Assembly: GCA_002297365.1 (NCBI GenBank)
Contig: DBKT01000013.1
Location: 1,601 to 65,600 of the forward strand
Reading direction: 5' to 3'
DNA length: 64,000 nt
Source of the DNA: Bacillales bacterium UBA743
Lineage (GTDB): Bacteria; Bacillota_I; Bacilli_A; RFN20; CAG-826
Shown piece after piece: positions 19,752-30,248 of the stretch; the stretch's first letter is position 1; each line of letters begins with the position of its first letter. A program made the position numbers and the translations under genes. The notes beneath the pieces were generated by a model that had not been told where the DNA came from, did no database searches, and saw nothing but the letters and a program-made list of their open reading frames with translations.

Positions 19752-21217
19752 TCTTCGTCTGAAGGATATCCTTCTTCGCCGTTTAGCCTTCGCTCTTCGT
19801 CTTCCGCTTCTAAGGAGAAGTTGTCAAAATGCTGAATGGCTTTAGAAAACATTAAAGAAACCTTGCCTGTTTGACCATTACGGTTTTTCGTGACGCTAAT
19901 TGTGGTCACCGAGCCAGAGTCTTTATTTGGACCGGCTTGTTTTGCTTTTTCCACTTGAGCATCCATCTTTTGTTCATAAGCGGATTGTCCTTTAACAATA
20001 CGTTTGCCCTGGTTATCATAATAATCTTTGCGGTACATGAGCATAATGATGTCGGCATCTTGCTCAATAGAGCCAGAGTCTTTTAAATTGGCCATGCTAG
20101 GGACGCCGTTTTCGTTTTTATCCGCATCACGGTTAACCTGAGCAAGAGCGATTACCGGTATTTTTAAAGTACGTGCCAATTCTTTTAGGGAAGAGGTGAT
20201 TTCTGCGACTTCCAATGAACGAGATTCAAATGTTTTTTCCGTATGAATAATATTGATGTAGTCAATAAAAATGGCGCAAAGATTCGGCTCGCTGTTTTTT
20301 AATTTGATGGATTTGGCGATAATATCGCCTAATTTTGGGTTGGGTTTATCGTCGATATAAAGATTCATGCGTTCGACTTCGCTAACAGCAAGGGCGATCT
20401 TCCCTAAATCTCGATCCGTCAATGTTTCGTTTCCTGAAAGGGAAACGCGGGAGATGGAAGAAAGGATACGTTTCATAACCAATGTAGAATCCATTTCTCC
20501 AGAGAAGAAAGCAACAGGTTCTCCCTTATAAGAGGCAGCATTGACCGCTAAATTTAAAGCGAATGCGGTTTTGCCAACGGAAGGACGGGCAGCCAAAACA
20601 ATAAGGTCGCCCGCTTGCCAACCATGAGTAAGCTTATTAAGACCGCGAAATCCCGTATCCACGCCTGTCAAAGAGCGATTGGAACGTTTCGCTTCAGCGA
20701 TGATTTTGAGCTTTACCTCTTTCGCGATCTCCCCTCCCTTACGGAAACCGCCAACCGATCTTCGATTGGTGATAGCCGTTAAGGTTTGCTGAGAATTCGC
20801 CAAAAAATCTCCGATATCGGAGATTTTCCCTTCCGCATAGTCTTTTTGAATATCTTGAAGCTCTAAAAGAAACTCCCTCAAAACTTGTTGGTCTTTGACA
20901 ATTCCAACATAATGTTCGACATTCTCTGGGTTAATGACGCTATTCATCAATTCCAAAAGATAGGAAGAATCCCCTGCCGCGCTTAAAAGGTTGGTGTTGA
21001 TAAGTTCGTTCGTTACCGTTTGGGGATCTATGATTTGTTCGTGCTGACTAAGATTTTCCATCGCATGGAAGATGATCTTATTTCTAGGGTCGACATCGGA
21101 AAAAGAATCTTCCGTCAAAGAAGCAATGGCAATGTTGCAAGCATTGGCAGACAAAAGCATGGCGCCCAAAACAGAGCGCTCCGCCTCAACATTAGAAGGA
21201 AGAGATACTTTCGGCAT
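19748..21217 (-). CDS. dnaB: Replicative DNA helicase DnaB
   Basis: Walker A (ARPSVGKTAFALN), the RecA-like C-terminal domain and an N-terminal helical domain. It is in the rplI-dnaB arrangement. Confidence 0.9.
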   Translation of the reverse strand: MPKVSLPSNVEAERSVLGAMLLSANACNIAIASLTEDSFSDVDPRNKIIFHAMENLSQHEQIIDPQTVTNELINTNLLSAAGDSSYLLELMNSVINPENVEHYVGIVKDQQVLREFLLELQDIQKDYAEGKISDIGDFLANSQQTLTAITNRRSVGGFRKGGEIAKEVKLKIIAEAKRSNRSLTGVDTGFRGLNKLTHGWQAGDLIVLAARPSVGKTAFALNLAVNAASYKGEPVAFFSGEMDSTLVMKRILSSISRVSLSGNETLTDRDLGKIALAVSEVERMNLYIDDKPNPKLGDIIAKSIKLKNSEPNLCAIFIDYINIIHTEKTFESRSLEVAEITSSLKELARTLKIPVIALAQVNRDADKNENGVPSMANLKDSGSIEQDADIIMLMYRKDYYDNQGKRIVKGQSAYEQKMDAQVEKAKQAGPNKDSGSVTTISVTKNRNGQTGKVSLMFSKAIQHFDNFSLEAEDEERRLNGEEGYPSDEE

Positions 21218-21678
21218 TATTTTTCCTCAGAGATATGAACGTTAACAGTGCCGACAACCTCGCCAGCGCTGCCTTTATAAAGTTCGATTTTCAAACGGGT
21301 GTATCCCAAAGCGTTGGCAGGATATTTATCGATGAACTTACGCTTATCGATAGTGATATTCCATTGAGCTTTTAAGCCTTCTTCGATTTGCTTTGGGGAA
21401 ATAGCGCCGAACATCCTCCCATCGCTTCCGACTTTGGCCTTAAATTCAACGTTAATGTGTTCAAGACGCTCTGCTAATTCTTCCGCTTCTTTTTTTAAAG
21501 TTTGTTGTCTTGCATCCTCTTCGGCATTGTTCTTTGCTAAAATCTTTTGATTGCTATCCGTGGAAATAACAGCTAAACCACGTGGAATAAGGAAATTCTT
21601 AGCAAAACCGTCTTTAGCATCAACGGTCATTCCTTTTTTGCCTACGCCTTTAACATCGGCTAATAAAATGATTTTCAT
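21217..21678 (-). CDS. rplI: 50S ribosomal protein L9
   Basis: N-terminus MKIILLADVKGVGKKG…FLIPRGLA. Confidence 0.9.
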   Translation of the reverse strand: MKIILLADVKGVGKKGMTVDAKDGFAKNFLIPRGLAVISTDSNQKILAKNNAEEDARQQTLKKEAEELAERLEHINVEFKAKVGSDGRMFGAISPKQIEEGLKAQWNITIDKRKFIDKYPANALGYTRLKIELYKGSAGEVVGTVNVHISEEK

Positions 21679-23726
21679 ACATTGTTTCCTCCCGCAGTGA
21701 CGTTTACTTTTGAAGCGTCTAAGTAATCATTCAAACATTCTAAGAGCTTCTTTTCCGCTTCATCGACATGAGTGACATTCGGAACCTTTGGATTTGGGAA
21801 TAAGGTTGCAGCCATCGTTAAGTGGCCTCCACCCCCTAATTGTTCCATAAGAAGCTGGACAGACACTGTTCCATCGCTTCTTGCGGATATGCTTATTTGC
21901 TTATCGGCCGTTCTTCCAATAACGAAGGAAGCGTGCACATCTCTAAGAGAAAGAAGGGAATTGGCCACCTTGGCAAGAGCGCTTCTTTCGACAATATCAT
22001 TATCCTCTGAAACGCAATAGAGAACTCCATAAGATGGGGTCTTCATTGTTCCAAGTATTTTATTCGTCAAAGCGAATTCCTCGTAATCGTCTTTGAGATA
22101 TTCGTCCGCAAGGGTGTTTTCAGCGCCGTATTCTTTCAAGATTTCGGCTGCTTCGAAAGTTCTCATGCCTACAGATTTGCTTTTGAAATATTGTGAATCC
22201 ATGAAGATGCCAGACAGCATAATCGTGGCATAAGACGGTTTTAAATCAATACGAGGGTTTGCAGCCGCATAACGAATCATCTCCGTAATCAATTCGCAAG
22301 CGCTAGAAGCGGAAGGCTCGATATAAGATAAAGATGGTCTTTCAATAAAGGAATCGCCGCGACGATGGTGATCGATAACAACGACCTTTCTAGCTAAATC
22401 AAGAATCTTAGGAGCCATGACATTCCTTGGAACAGAAACATCCACGACAACAACGAGCGATGTTTCTTTAATTTGAGACGCAGCCTGTTCTGGAGTTACG
22501 GTCAGTTGGTCCAAAGCATCTTTCGAGAAAGCGCTCGTGAAAGCAAGCCTGGCCTTCTTTTCCGTTCGCTTAGGGGAATAGATAATCTTCGCTGGTTTTT
22601 TGCACCAATCGCAAATTGCCTTAACGCCCAAACAGCTTCCTAAAGCGTCCATATCCATTTCGGTATGTCCCATAATAAAGACAGCGCTGGAATCCTTGAT
22701 TAATTTAGCAAGCCCCCCAACCATAGAACGGACCTTAACTTTAGAGGTGTTTTCAATGGCAGCGGATTTCCCGCCAAAGAAACGAAGTTCCTTGCCATAT
22801 TGCGAAACAACAGCCTGGTCACCGCCACGTGCCAAAGCGGTATCAATCGCCTCTTCTGTCATTTCATATAGTTTTCCCACATCGGGGAAATCATGGGCAA
22901 AGCCAATGGATAAAGTCAGCGGAGTGTCTTCTTTGTCTTGTTTTTCACGCACTTTATCCATCACAGAGAAACCGTCTTTCTCCATTTGATCAAGAGCATT
23001 GAAATTGCAGACCGCGAAATAACGGTCTTGCTTTACTTGAGTGAGAAGAACTTTATATTGGCGGAAATAATCACGGAGAATAGCGCGAACATTCATGACC
23101 GCGTCCGCCACTTCATCCGTATCTGAAGCAACATCGTTAAAGTTATCGATCATGACAACGCCTAAAGCGATGGCTTGTTCCTTAGAATAATTGACAACGT
23201 TATCATATTCAGTCACATCTTTGAAAACAAACAACCTTGGCTCGCTTAAGAAACGAACTTCATATGATTTTCCCTTCATATCAAGATGGACAGCCTTATC
23301 GCTTTTGAGCTTGACTAGTTCTTTCAAAGCAGGAAAGGTTTGGAAAATATCCGTGTCAACCAAATCCAATTGCCTTTCGTTAAATAAACTGTTGCTCCAA
23401 AGCACAAGGCCGCTTTCATCGATAGCCAATAAGCCGATTTGATTGAAGTTATAGGCCATTTGAATATCATTGCCAATAAGAGAGGCCACTTCTATATCAT
23501 TGCTTTGCCTTTTCCTAGAAAGAAAAGCCAAGGCAAGCCAGGTAAAAAGGATATCGGCTAGGCAAAGAACGACAAAACCCAGAAATATATATTCCTCTAT
23601 ATCTTTAATATCACGGATGCCAAAAGTGTTATAAACCCAGAAAAAGGTAAGGGTTCCAATAAGGATTAGCTCTATTAGAGCAAAGACGAAGGTGATGTTG
23701 CGAAACTTCTTAATGGATGCGTTCAT
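21675..23726 (-). CDS. gdpP: GdpP/YybT-family DHH phosphoesterase (cyclic-di-AMP phosphodiesterase-like)
   Basis: Two N-terminal TMs, a degenerate GGDEF region, then DHH (…VIDHH…) and DHHA1 (GGGH) domains. It is in the conserved gdpP-rplI-dnaB order. The start is placed at MNAS, downstream of the rpsR terminator. Confidence 0.75.
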   Translation of the reverse strand: MNASIKKFRNITFVFALIELILIGTLTFFWVYNTFGIRDIKDIEEYIFLGFVVLCLADILFTWLALAFLSRKRQSNDIEVASLIGNDIQMAYNFNQIGLLAIDESGLVLWSNSLFNERQLDLVDTDIFQTFPALKELVKLKSDKAVHLDMKGKSYEVRFLSEPRLFVFKDVTEYDNVVNYSKEQAIALGVVMIDNFNDVASDTDEVADAVMNVRAILRDYFRQYKVLLTQVKQDRYFAVCNFNALDQMEKDGFSVMDKVREKQDKEDTPLTLSIGFAHDFPDVGKLYEMTEEAIDTALARGGDQAVVSQYGKELRFFGGKSAAIENTSKVKVRSMVGGLAKLIKDSSAVFIMGHTEMDMDALGSCLGVKAICDWCKKPAKIIYSPKRTEKKARLAFTSAFSKDALDQLTVTPEQAASQIKETSLVVVVDVSVPRNVMAPKILDLARKVVVIDHHRRGDSFIERPSLSYIEPSASSACELITEMIRYAAANPRIDLKPSYATIMLSGIFMDSQYFKSKSVGMRTFEAAEILKEYGAENTLADEYLKDDYEEFALTNKILGTMKTPSYGVLYCVSEDNDIVERSALAKVANSLLSLRDVHASFVIGRTADKQISISARSDGTVSVQLLMEQLGGGGHLTMAATLFPNPKVPNVTHVDEAEKKLLECLNDYLDASKVNVTAGGNNV

Positions 23727-23780
23727 ATTTAAATTATAATTTAACCCCTTATGGGTTAAAAGGGGAAAGAAACGAAACGT

Positions 23781-23812
23781 ATATAAGAAAAGCCTCACAG
23801 TTAAGTGAGGCT
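23781..23812 (-). terminator. Rho-independent terminator after rpsR
   Basis: The inverted repeat AGCCTCAC-N6-GTGAGGCT is followed by a T-rich tract on the minus strand. Confidence 0.5.
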
Positions 23813-23831
23813 AAAGACGTAATAATTTCGC

Positions 23832-24062
23832 TTAATTGGCGCCAACTTCTGGGAGCAATCCCATATAACGGGCGTTTTTGATTGCTTTCGCTAATTGACG
23901 TTGATATTTAGCACAGGTACCAGTGCTGCTTCTTGGCATGATTTTTCCATCCGGTGTGATGAATCTTTGAAGAAGCTCAACGTTCTTATAATCGATATGT
24001 TTAATATGATTCTTAGTGAAATAGCAAACTTTACGTCTGGATCTCATTTTTCTGAAAGCCAT
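23832..24062 (-). CDS. rpsR: 30S ribosomal protein S18
   Basis: …[23 protein letters not shown]…. Confidence 0.9.
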   Translation of the reverse strand: MAFRKMRSRRKVCYFTKNHIKHIDYKNVELLQRFITPDGKIMPRSSTGTCAKYQRQLAKAIKNARYMGLLPEVGAN

Positions 24063-24079
24063 AATAAATTTCCTTTCTA

Positions 24080-24523
24080 TTAGAATGGTAGATCGTCGTC
24101 TACAACATCAATGGCATCTAAATTACCGCTATCTGGTTGTGGGGCTGGGGCTGGGGCGGCTTCTGGTTGAGAAGCATATCCGTTTGCCTCCGCTGAAGCT
24201 GAGCCTTTCGTATCCAAGAAATCAAAGTTATCAACGATTGTTTCGACAACCGTGACTTGAACACCGGCTTTGTTCGTGTATTTTCTTTGTTGAAGTCTGC
24301 CTTCAATAGAAACCATCGAACCTTTGTGGGTGTATTTGGCGAATGTATCAGCACGCACACCGAATAATGTGCAGTTCATGAACAAAGTGTTTTTTGTTCC
24401 ATCCGGATTTTTGCGGGAATCATCTACTGCAAGCGAGAAGGACACGACAGAGAGATTAGAGGCGGTCTTGCGTAACTCAGGGTCACGGGTAAGACGGCCG
24501 ATTAGAATGACACGATTTAACAT
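24080..24523 (-). CDS. ssb: Single-stranded DNA-binding protein
   Basis: An OB fold ([18 protein letters not shown]…), a Pro/Ala-rich linker and the acidic tail DDDLPF. Confidence 0.9.
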   Translation of the reverse strand: MLNRVILIGRLTRDPELRKTASNLSVVSFSLAVDDSRKNPDGTKNTLFMNCTLFGVRADTFAKYTHKGSMVSIEGRLQQRKYTNKAGVQVTVVETIVDNFDFLDTKGSASAEANGYASQPEAAPAPAPQPDSGNLDAIDVVDDDLPF

Positions 24524-24562
24524 ATTTTACGATCCTCCAATGTTTTTCGTATAAAACGATGA

Positions 24563-24850
24563 TTAGTCTTGGTCAATCGTAATCAAGAAACGAAGAACGT
24601 TTTGATCAAGTTTCGCTTGACGGCTCCACTCATTAAGGCCAGCAATCTCGCCATTCACTTTAAGAACGACATAGTAGCCTTTGAGTTGCTTTTTAATTGG
24701 CGTAGCGAAATCTTTCATGCCTAATTCTTGGGTATTGGCGACTTTAACTTTGTTAGCTTCCAAAATCCCTTGAAGTTTGGCGATTTCATCTTTCCTAGCT
24801 TGTTCTTCAAGAACGCTATTCAAGATGTACATGATCTCATACTTTTTCAT
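24563..24850 (-). CDS. rpsF: 30S ribosomal protein S6
   Basis: MKKYEIMYIL… in the rpsF-ssb-rpsR order. Confidence 0.9.
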   Translation of the reverse strand: MKKYEIMYILNSVLEEQARKDEIAKLQGILEANKVKVANTQELGMKDFATPIKKQLKGYYVVLKVNGEIAGLNEWSRQAKLDQNVLRFLITIDQD

Positions 24851-25187
24851 GTTAGCACCTCCTAAATTTGGTCTAATGGATCGTATCGAGTACGACCATA
24901 AGAGAATGTTGCTTCTTCCTTCTAAAGAAGCCTAAGAATTATACACGAGAAAAAAGCAGTCTTCAAATGATGATTACGACAAGATTCGGGACATCGTAAA
25001 ACCCAACGGAAAGGAAATGGTTTTCAGAGACGAAAACAGATACACGTCCCCTTATTTTCCGTTAAAAACAAAGGGATTAGGAATTTAGACTATTTTGATT
25101 ATCTTTTGCCTCCCACTTATAGAAAGACGGGGAAAAAGAAAAAATGCCAAAAAAATCGAAAAAGATTAATCAGGAAACCACGATCAA

Positions 25188-26189
25188 TCAAAAAGAAAAA
25201 GATGTTTTTTCTTTTGTTTCTTTGTTATGGAAAATGACGGCTTTCTTAAATTGATTCTTTTTAATGAGGGTTTCGGCTTCTAAATGGGTTTGATGAACGT
25301 TTATTCTTTGGAAAAATGTATTCTTCCTCGTTCCTAAGAGATAGCTTGAAACGCTTCCTTCATCAACCGTGCCGGTGAATATCAAAGAGAAGGATGGATG
25401 TTTAGCGACAATATCCTGACTTTCCTTCTTTTTTAATTGAGGGTCAGCGACAAGCAATATGTTTGAATTATCAGAAGGCCTTATATCCACTTTCTTTTTT
25501 AAATAATCGTTTTCTTCTTCGTGAAAAAAAGGTTCCCCCACGATGCTATAAGGAATTCCATGGTCATTGAAAATAGAAATGACCTCTATACCTCTACCGT
25601 TTTTTGGAAGAGGGAGAATAATATTCTTCCCCAAGGAGGTAATCAATTTCAAAAACGCGGATTTATTATCTTCCATGCATTTCTCATCCGCAGGATATGC
25701 TCCATCGACAATAGCCACGTCTCTTTCTAAATTTCTAATTTCATCGCAGGAAAAAATGCTATCTTCGAGATAATCGCCAGTATAAATGATCGTTTTCTCT
25801 TCCATACGGATATCATATCCAAATGCGCCAAAACAATGCCCACTGCGAAAAGCTTTCACGCTTAGCCAGTCAAAAACATCTCTCTTTTCTTGATAGTGAA
25901 GAAAGAAAGGCTTGAAATTGGTTAAACCGATGCAATCATATGTGGGTTTTGATAAAAACACCTGCCCATGAAAACCTCTTTTAAATAATTCGCCGACCGC
26001 TCCGGTGTGGTCCAAATGAGAATGCGATAAAAAAAGCGCATTGAGAGTGGAAACGTCAATTTTAGAAAAATCAGGCAGTTCCCCTTTTTCTCCCAAACCG
26101 CAATCTAACAAAATCTTATGATGAGGGCTTTCTATTAAAAAAGCGTTTCGCCCATGTTCATTGATTCCGCCTAGCGAAAGAAATTTCAT
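25188..26189 (-). CDS. MBL-fold metallo-hydrolase. It is the last gene of the ABC importer operon.
   Basis: HSHLDH motif. Its start overlaps the ATPase stop. Confidence 0.65.
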   Translation of the reverse strand: MKFLSLGGINEHGRNAFLIESPHHKILLDCGLGEKGELPDFSKIDVSTLNALFLSHSHLDHTGAVGELFKRGFHGQVFLSKPTYDCIGLTNFKPFFLHYQEKRDVFDWLSVKAFRSGHCFGAFGYDIRMEEKTIIYTGDYLEDSIFSCDEIRNLERDVAIVDGAYPADEKCMEDNKSAFLKLITSLGKNIILPLPKNGRGIEVISIFNDHGIPYSIVGEPFFHEEENDYLKKKVDIRPSDNSNILLVADPQLKKKESQDIVAKHPSFSLIFTGTVDEGSVSSYLLGTRKNTFFQRINVHQTHLEAETLIKKNQFKKAVIFHNKETKEKTSFSF

Positions 26190-27205
26190 TAGCGAACCTC
26201 TCTTATGTCTTCTTCGCTAAAATAGATTGTCAAGGTTTTACCAATTTCTAGCGCTTTTTCATCAAAGAAACAGAAAACACGCCCGTTTGTATCCTTTGCT
26301 TCAATGAAATAGTTGCCGCCTTTACATTGAACGTGCTCCACAGTCACGGATATTTTTTCTTTCTTTTTGCTAAAGCTCAACGATATATCCTCTGGACGCA
26401 AAAAATGGTTAGGGTCCAGGAAAGAAGCCTTGCCGATGAATTCACTGACAAATTTGCTTTTCGGATGCCAATAAATTTCTTCCGGAGTTCCTTGTTCTAC
26501 GATCTTTCCTTTGTTCATAACGATTATCGAATCGGAAATAGACATTGCCTCCTCTTGATCGTGCGTCACAAATATGGCCGTCATTTTCAGTGTCTTAACA
26601 AGGTTCCTTATCTCCATTCGCATTTCTTCACGAAGAAGAGCATCCAGCGCACTTAAAGGTTCATCAAAAAGAATCAAAGATGGGTCAATCGCAATTGCCC
26701 TTGCAATAGCTACTCTTTGTTTTTGCCCACCGCTAAGTTCACTTGGCAAACGATTCGCATAGGCGTCCATTCGAACCATTTTTAGGCATTCCATGGCCTT
26801 GGTTTTGATTTTTTCTTTTCTTTCTTTATGTTTTTTCCAAAATGAAGTTACGGTCTCTTTGAGAGAAAGAGGAGGCATTTTGCTGTCTAAACCAAATTCT
26901 ACGTTCTGGAGAACGCTCATATTTGGCCAAAGAGCAAAATCCTGAAATACGAATCCGACATTCCTTTTTATCGGGGTTTCGTTTATCTTCTTTTCTGCAT
27001 CAAAAACCACTTTGTCGCCTAAAGAAATAGAGCCCGTATCGCTTGTTTCTAAGCCAGCAATGATTCTTAATAGAGTCGTTTTCCCACAACCGGATAAGCC
27101 AAGAAGGGTCGTTAAGCTGCCACTAGGAATCACAATGGATAAATCTTCGAGAACGTGTGTTTTATGGTCGAAGGATTTTGAAATATTATTGACTTTAACA
27201 TCCAT
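26189..27205 (-). CDS. ABC transporter ATP-binding protein (PotA/FbpC-like, with a C-terminal TOBE-like domain)
   Basis: Walker A (GLSGCGKTT), the signature LSGGQKQR and Walker B (ILFDEP). The start is placed at MDVKV, overlapping the permease stop. Confidence 0.8.
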   Translation of the reverse strand: MDVKVNNISKSFDHKTHVLEDLSIVIPSGSLTTLLGLSGCGKTTLLRIIAGLETSDTGSISLGDKVVFDAEKKINETPIKRNVGFVFQDFALWPNMSVLQNVEFGLDSKMPPLSLKETVTSFWKKHKERKEKIKTKAMECLKMVRMDAYANRLPSELSGGQKQRVAIARAIAIDPSLILFDEPLSALDALLREEMRMEIRNLVKTLKMTAIFVTHDQEEAMSISDSIIVMNKGKIVEQGTPEEIYWHPKSKFVSEFIGKASFLDPNHFLRPEDISLSFSKKKEKISVTVEHVQCKGGNYFIEAKDTNGRVFCFFDEKALEIGKTLTIYFSEEDIREVR

Positions 27206-27206
27206 T

Positions 27207-28910
27207 TTAAGCTCTCCCTTTCTTTTTTGTGGAAATATATTCAAGCGGCAATAACAACGCCAAGGTGATGCCGACGGAAACTACAGCCAAAGCCATGGCG
27301 GCTTGCTGATTCCCTTGTTCAAATTGAGAATCGATGAACAAAGAAATTGTATAAAATGCTGGTGGTTGAAGTAATTTTGCCGTCACTAATTCTCTTAAAG
27401 CCACAATCAAAGTCATCGCAAAGCCGTAGAAAGCTCCGCCAAGAGCCTGAGGCAAGAGGATTTTCAAATCTACTTTCATTTCATTTTTTGAATAGACCCT
27501 TCCCGCTTCAAGGAGGGATGAAGGCATCTGAACCAAGGAATTCTTGATATAAGAAACCATCCCTGGCAAAAAGACAACGCTATAGCCGATAATCAACATC
27601 CAAACCGTTCTATATGCAGGGAAAAACTTATAGATGGTGTTAAAGAACATAATCATGCCTATGCCCGTGACAATATTCGGAATCATTTGCGGCAACATAT
27701 CCAAAAATTCAACGCTTTTTGCCAAGACTCTTTTTTTGTTCTTGTGGCTATAGAAAGCAAAGAACAACCCCAAAAGAAGAACGATAAAAGAAGAAGCGAT
27801 GCCAACGAGAAACGAATTTCCAATCGCTTCGAATCCCGTCCCGAATCCCGTATCATCTCCAAAAGCGATTTGATAGTTCTCCCAAGTAAAATTCCCGGGC
27901 TCAAAAACGTTTTTGTATAAAATCTTTTTGAAGGAAGATACCACAATTGTAAACAAAGGTATAAAAGCAGAGAAAAAGAACAAAACGAGTAAGAAAACAG
28001 ACCCTATCGTTGTCAAAAAAATGCTTTTTGAATAGCGCCCTTCTCCCTCATTTTTTAAATTAACCGCTTTCTTATCTATGATGATCATTTGCAACATCCA
28101 AAGAAGCATGCAAATAAAAACAAGAAGGGACGCTAACGAAGCGGCCGAACCAAAATCAATCGGAGCGATTTGCATCCTATCCGTTATCATCGTCGTGAAT
28201 GTGAAAACCCCGATCGCCGGTCCAAAAGTAGCAGGAGTCCCATATTCGCTTAAAGCTTTGACGAATACTAAGAATGCGCCAATGAAAAAATTCGGCAGCA
28301 AAATTGGCATATAAACCTTAAAAAACCTTTTAATGCGGCTTTTCTGGTAAACATCATTTGCATCATCAAGGCTCTTCGGAAAGGAAAGAAAAGCGCTTTT
28401 TAGCATTGTCATTAAAAATGGAGAGGTATGCATAGACATAATCCAAACCATGCCAAAAAACGAATAAAAAGAAGAAGCCAGCGGTCTTAAAAAAGGCAAA
28501 TTCCTCCACAAAATCCCATTCCTTTGCATAAATAACATCCAGCCCATGGAATTGATGTAGGGTGGGACCATGAAGGGAATTATGAGAATAAGATCAAGCC
28601 ACCAAAGTTTTCTTAAGCGCGTCTTTGCTAATAAGTAGGCTTCGGGTACCGCAATTAAAGTAGATAACCCCGTAACAGAGATAGCCAACAATAAGGAATC
28701 CCATATTGCCTTCCCCGTATCTTCGTTAGAAAAAGCATTCACGTAATTTTGAAAAGTGAATGCGCCGTTTTCGTTCATAAGCGATTGGCTAAAAACAAAA
28801 ACGATTGGACAAACGATAAAAAAGATTAAAAAAACGCAAATAAGGATACCCTTGGTTAGGTATCCTAATTTTTGTCGGTTTTTGATGAAAGATAAAAACT
28901 GCGTACTCAT
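27207..28910 (-). CDS. ABC transporter permease, a fused two-domain type (FbpB/AfuB-like)
   Basis: It is 567 aa, about 12 TMs, with two EAA-like loops. Confidence 0.75.
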   Translation of the reverse strand: MSTQFLSFIKNRQKLGYLTKGILICVFLIFFIVCPIVFVFSQSLMNENGAFTFQNYVNAFSNEDTGKAIWDSLLLAISVTGLSTLIAVPEAYLLAKTRLRKLWWLDLILIIPFMVPPYINSMGWMLFMQRNGILWRNLPFLRPLASSFYSFFGMVWIMSMHTSPFLMTMLKSAFLSFPKSLDDANDVYQKSRIKRFFKVYMPILLPNFFIGAFLVFVKALSEYGTPATFGPAIGVFTFTTMITDRMQIAPIDFGSAASLASLLVFICMLLWMLQMIIIDKKAVNLKNEGEGRYSKSIFLTTIGSVFLLVLFFFSAFIPLFTIVVSSFKKILYKNVFEPGNFTWENYQIAFGDDTGFGTGFEAIGNSFLVGIASSFIVLLLGLFFAFYSHKNKKRVLAKSVEFLDMLPQMIPNIVTGIGMIMFFNTIYKFFPAYRTVWMLIIGYSVVFLPGMVSYIKNSLVQMPSSLLEAGRVYSKNEMKVDLKILLPQALGGAFYGFAMTLIVALRELVTAKLLQPPAFYTISLFIDSQFEQGNQQAAMALAVVSVGITLALLLPLEYISTKKKGRA

Positions 28911-29977
28911 TATTTGAGCAAATCAACGAAATTTTTGGCAATTTCTGTCCCGTTAGCAGCCATATTATCCCAATTAAGGTTCTCAAATTGTTTGATTTGG
29001 CTATAGCCCAAGCGGGAAGAATCAGCACTCACATCTTCTCTTCCAGGAAGAAGGAAAGCATCGGCCACAAGTTTTTGAGCGCCATCTGAGCACAGATAAT
29101 CCATAACCTTTTTTGCTGCGTTTTTATGGGTTGCGGTATTCATAATCATTGCAGGACGCGCATTAACAACCGTTCCGCCTTTTGGATAATAGATATCGAT
29201 TGGCTTGTCTTTTTTCTTATCTGCATAGGCATTATAGTCAACACCAGCAACAAGAATATCAACACTGCCACTTTCTACTGCAGCAAGAGCTGGTTTGTTT
29301 CCGCCGCCATTCTTTAATCCGGCACTGGCCCATCCATTGAAGTCGGTCCAAGCACTCTCTCCTTTGCTTGAAACATATCCAGCCAAGAAATCCTTGCAAG
29401 CACCGGATTTCGTTGGATCAGGAATGGAAATGGCTGCTTCTCCCGTTTCTTTTAAAGTCCCATTAACTTTGTCTTTATTGGCAAAATCCGTCCAATCGAG
29501 TTTTTCAATTTCTTCTTTCTTCACCTTATCGGTATTGTATAAAACACCGACCGCGGAAGCGCTAGTTCCCCAAATCTTGTTGCTCGAATGTTTGAATGGG
29601 GTAGCTAATTTGTCTCCATTAACTGGAGTGTATTCCATTAAATCAAGTTTGGATAAAGAATTAATTCCATCGCTCCAGGAAGCAAGAATTAACACATCGC
29701 AAATAGGATTTGTTTTTTCCGCTTCAATTTTGGCAAGCAATTCTCCGGTTGTCCCAGAGGTAACTTTCATATCAACTCCCGGATATGCCGCTTCAAACCC
29801 TTTTTCTAAAGCTGTTTGCAAACCAGCAGGTGAAGGCATATAAACATTCACAGTCTTTTCAATAGTTTCACCACTATTAGATTGGTTTTCATTTGAGGAA
29901 GCATCATTGTTTCCACATGCAGATAAGGCCGCCATAAGCATAAAGGCGAAGCCAAGTTTTAGATTTTCTTTCTTCAT
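28910..29977 (-). CDS. ABC transporter substrate-binding lipoprotein (Fbp/Afu-type)
   Basis: Lipobox (LSACGN). The start is placed at MKKENLK after a GGAG RBS. Confidence 0.7.
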   Translation of the reverse strand: MKKENLKLGFAFMLMAALSACGNNDASSNENQSNSGETIEKTVNVYMPSPAGLQTALEKGFEAAYPGVDMKVTSGTTGELLAKIEAEKTNPICDVLILASWSDGINSLSKLDLMEYTPVNGDKLATPFKHSSNKIWGTSASAVGVLYNTDKVKKEEIEKLDWTDFANKDKVNGTLKETGEAAISIPDPTKSGACKDFLAGYVSSKGESAWTDFNGWASAGLKNGGGNKPALAAVESGSVDILVAGVDYNAYADKKKDKPIDIYYPKGGTVVNARPAMIMNTATHKNAAKKVMDYLCSDGAQKLVADAFLLPGREDVSADSSRLGYSQIKQFENLNWDNMAANGTEIAKNFVDLLK

Positions 29978-30195
29978 TTTTTTAACTCCGCTATTTATTG
30001 TATTTTTAAAAATGTCGCACAAATGTAAAGGATTGTAAATGTTCATGAAGGAACTCTATTGTTTTCCTTTACGTTCAGAGAATTTCTTTTTAAATACGGA
30101 GAAAATGGAAAATAATTAAAAACGGACGTTTTCTTTTTGTCGAAACAAGCCATTAAACAATTTACGATGAATAGACACATATTCATTGGGAGCCA

Positions 30196-30232
30196 AAGAG
30201 AAAAGCGACTCCATTTTAGAGTCGCTCTTTTG
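30196..30232 (-). terminator. Rho-independent terminator after lysS
   Basis: AGCGACTC-loop-GAGTCGCT with flanking A and T runs. Confidence 0.55.
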
Positions 30233-30248
30233 ATAAATGATTTATCGC

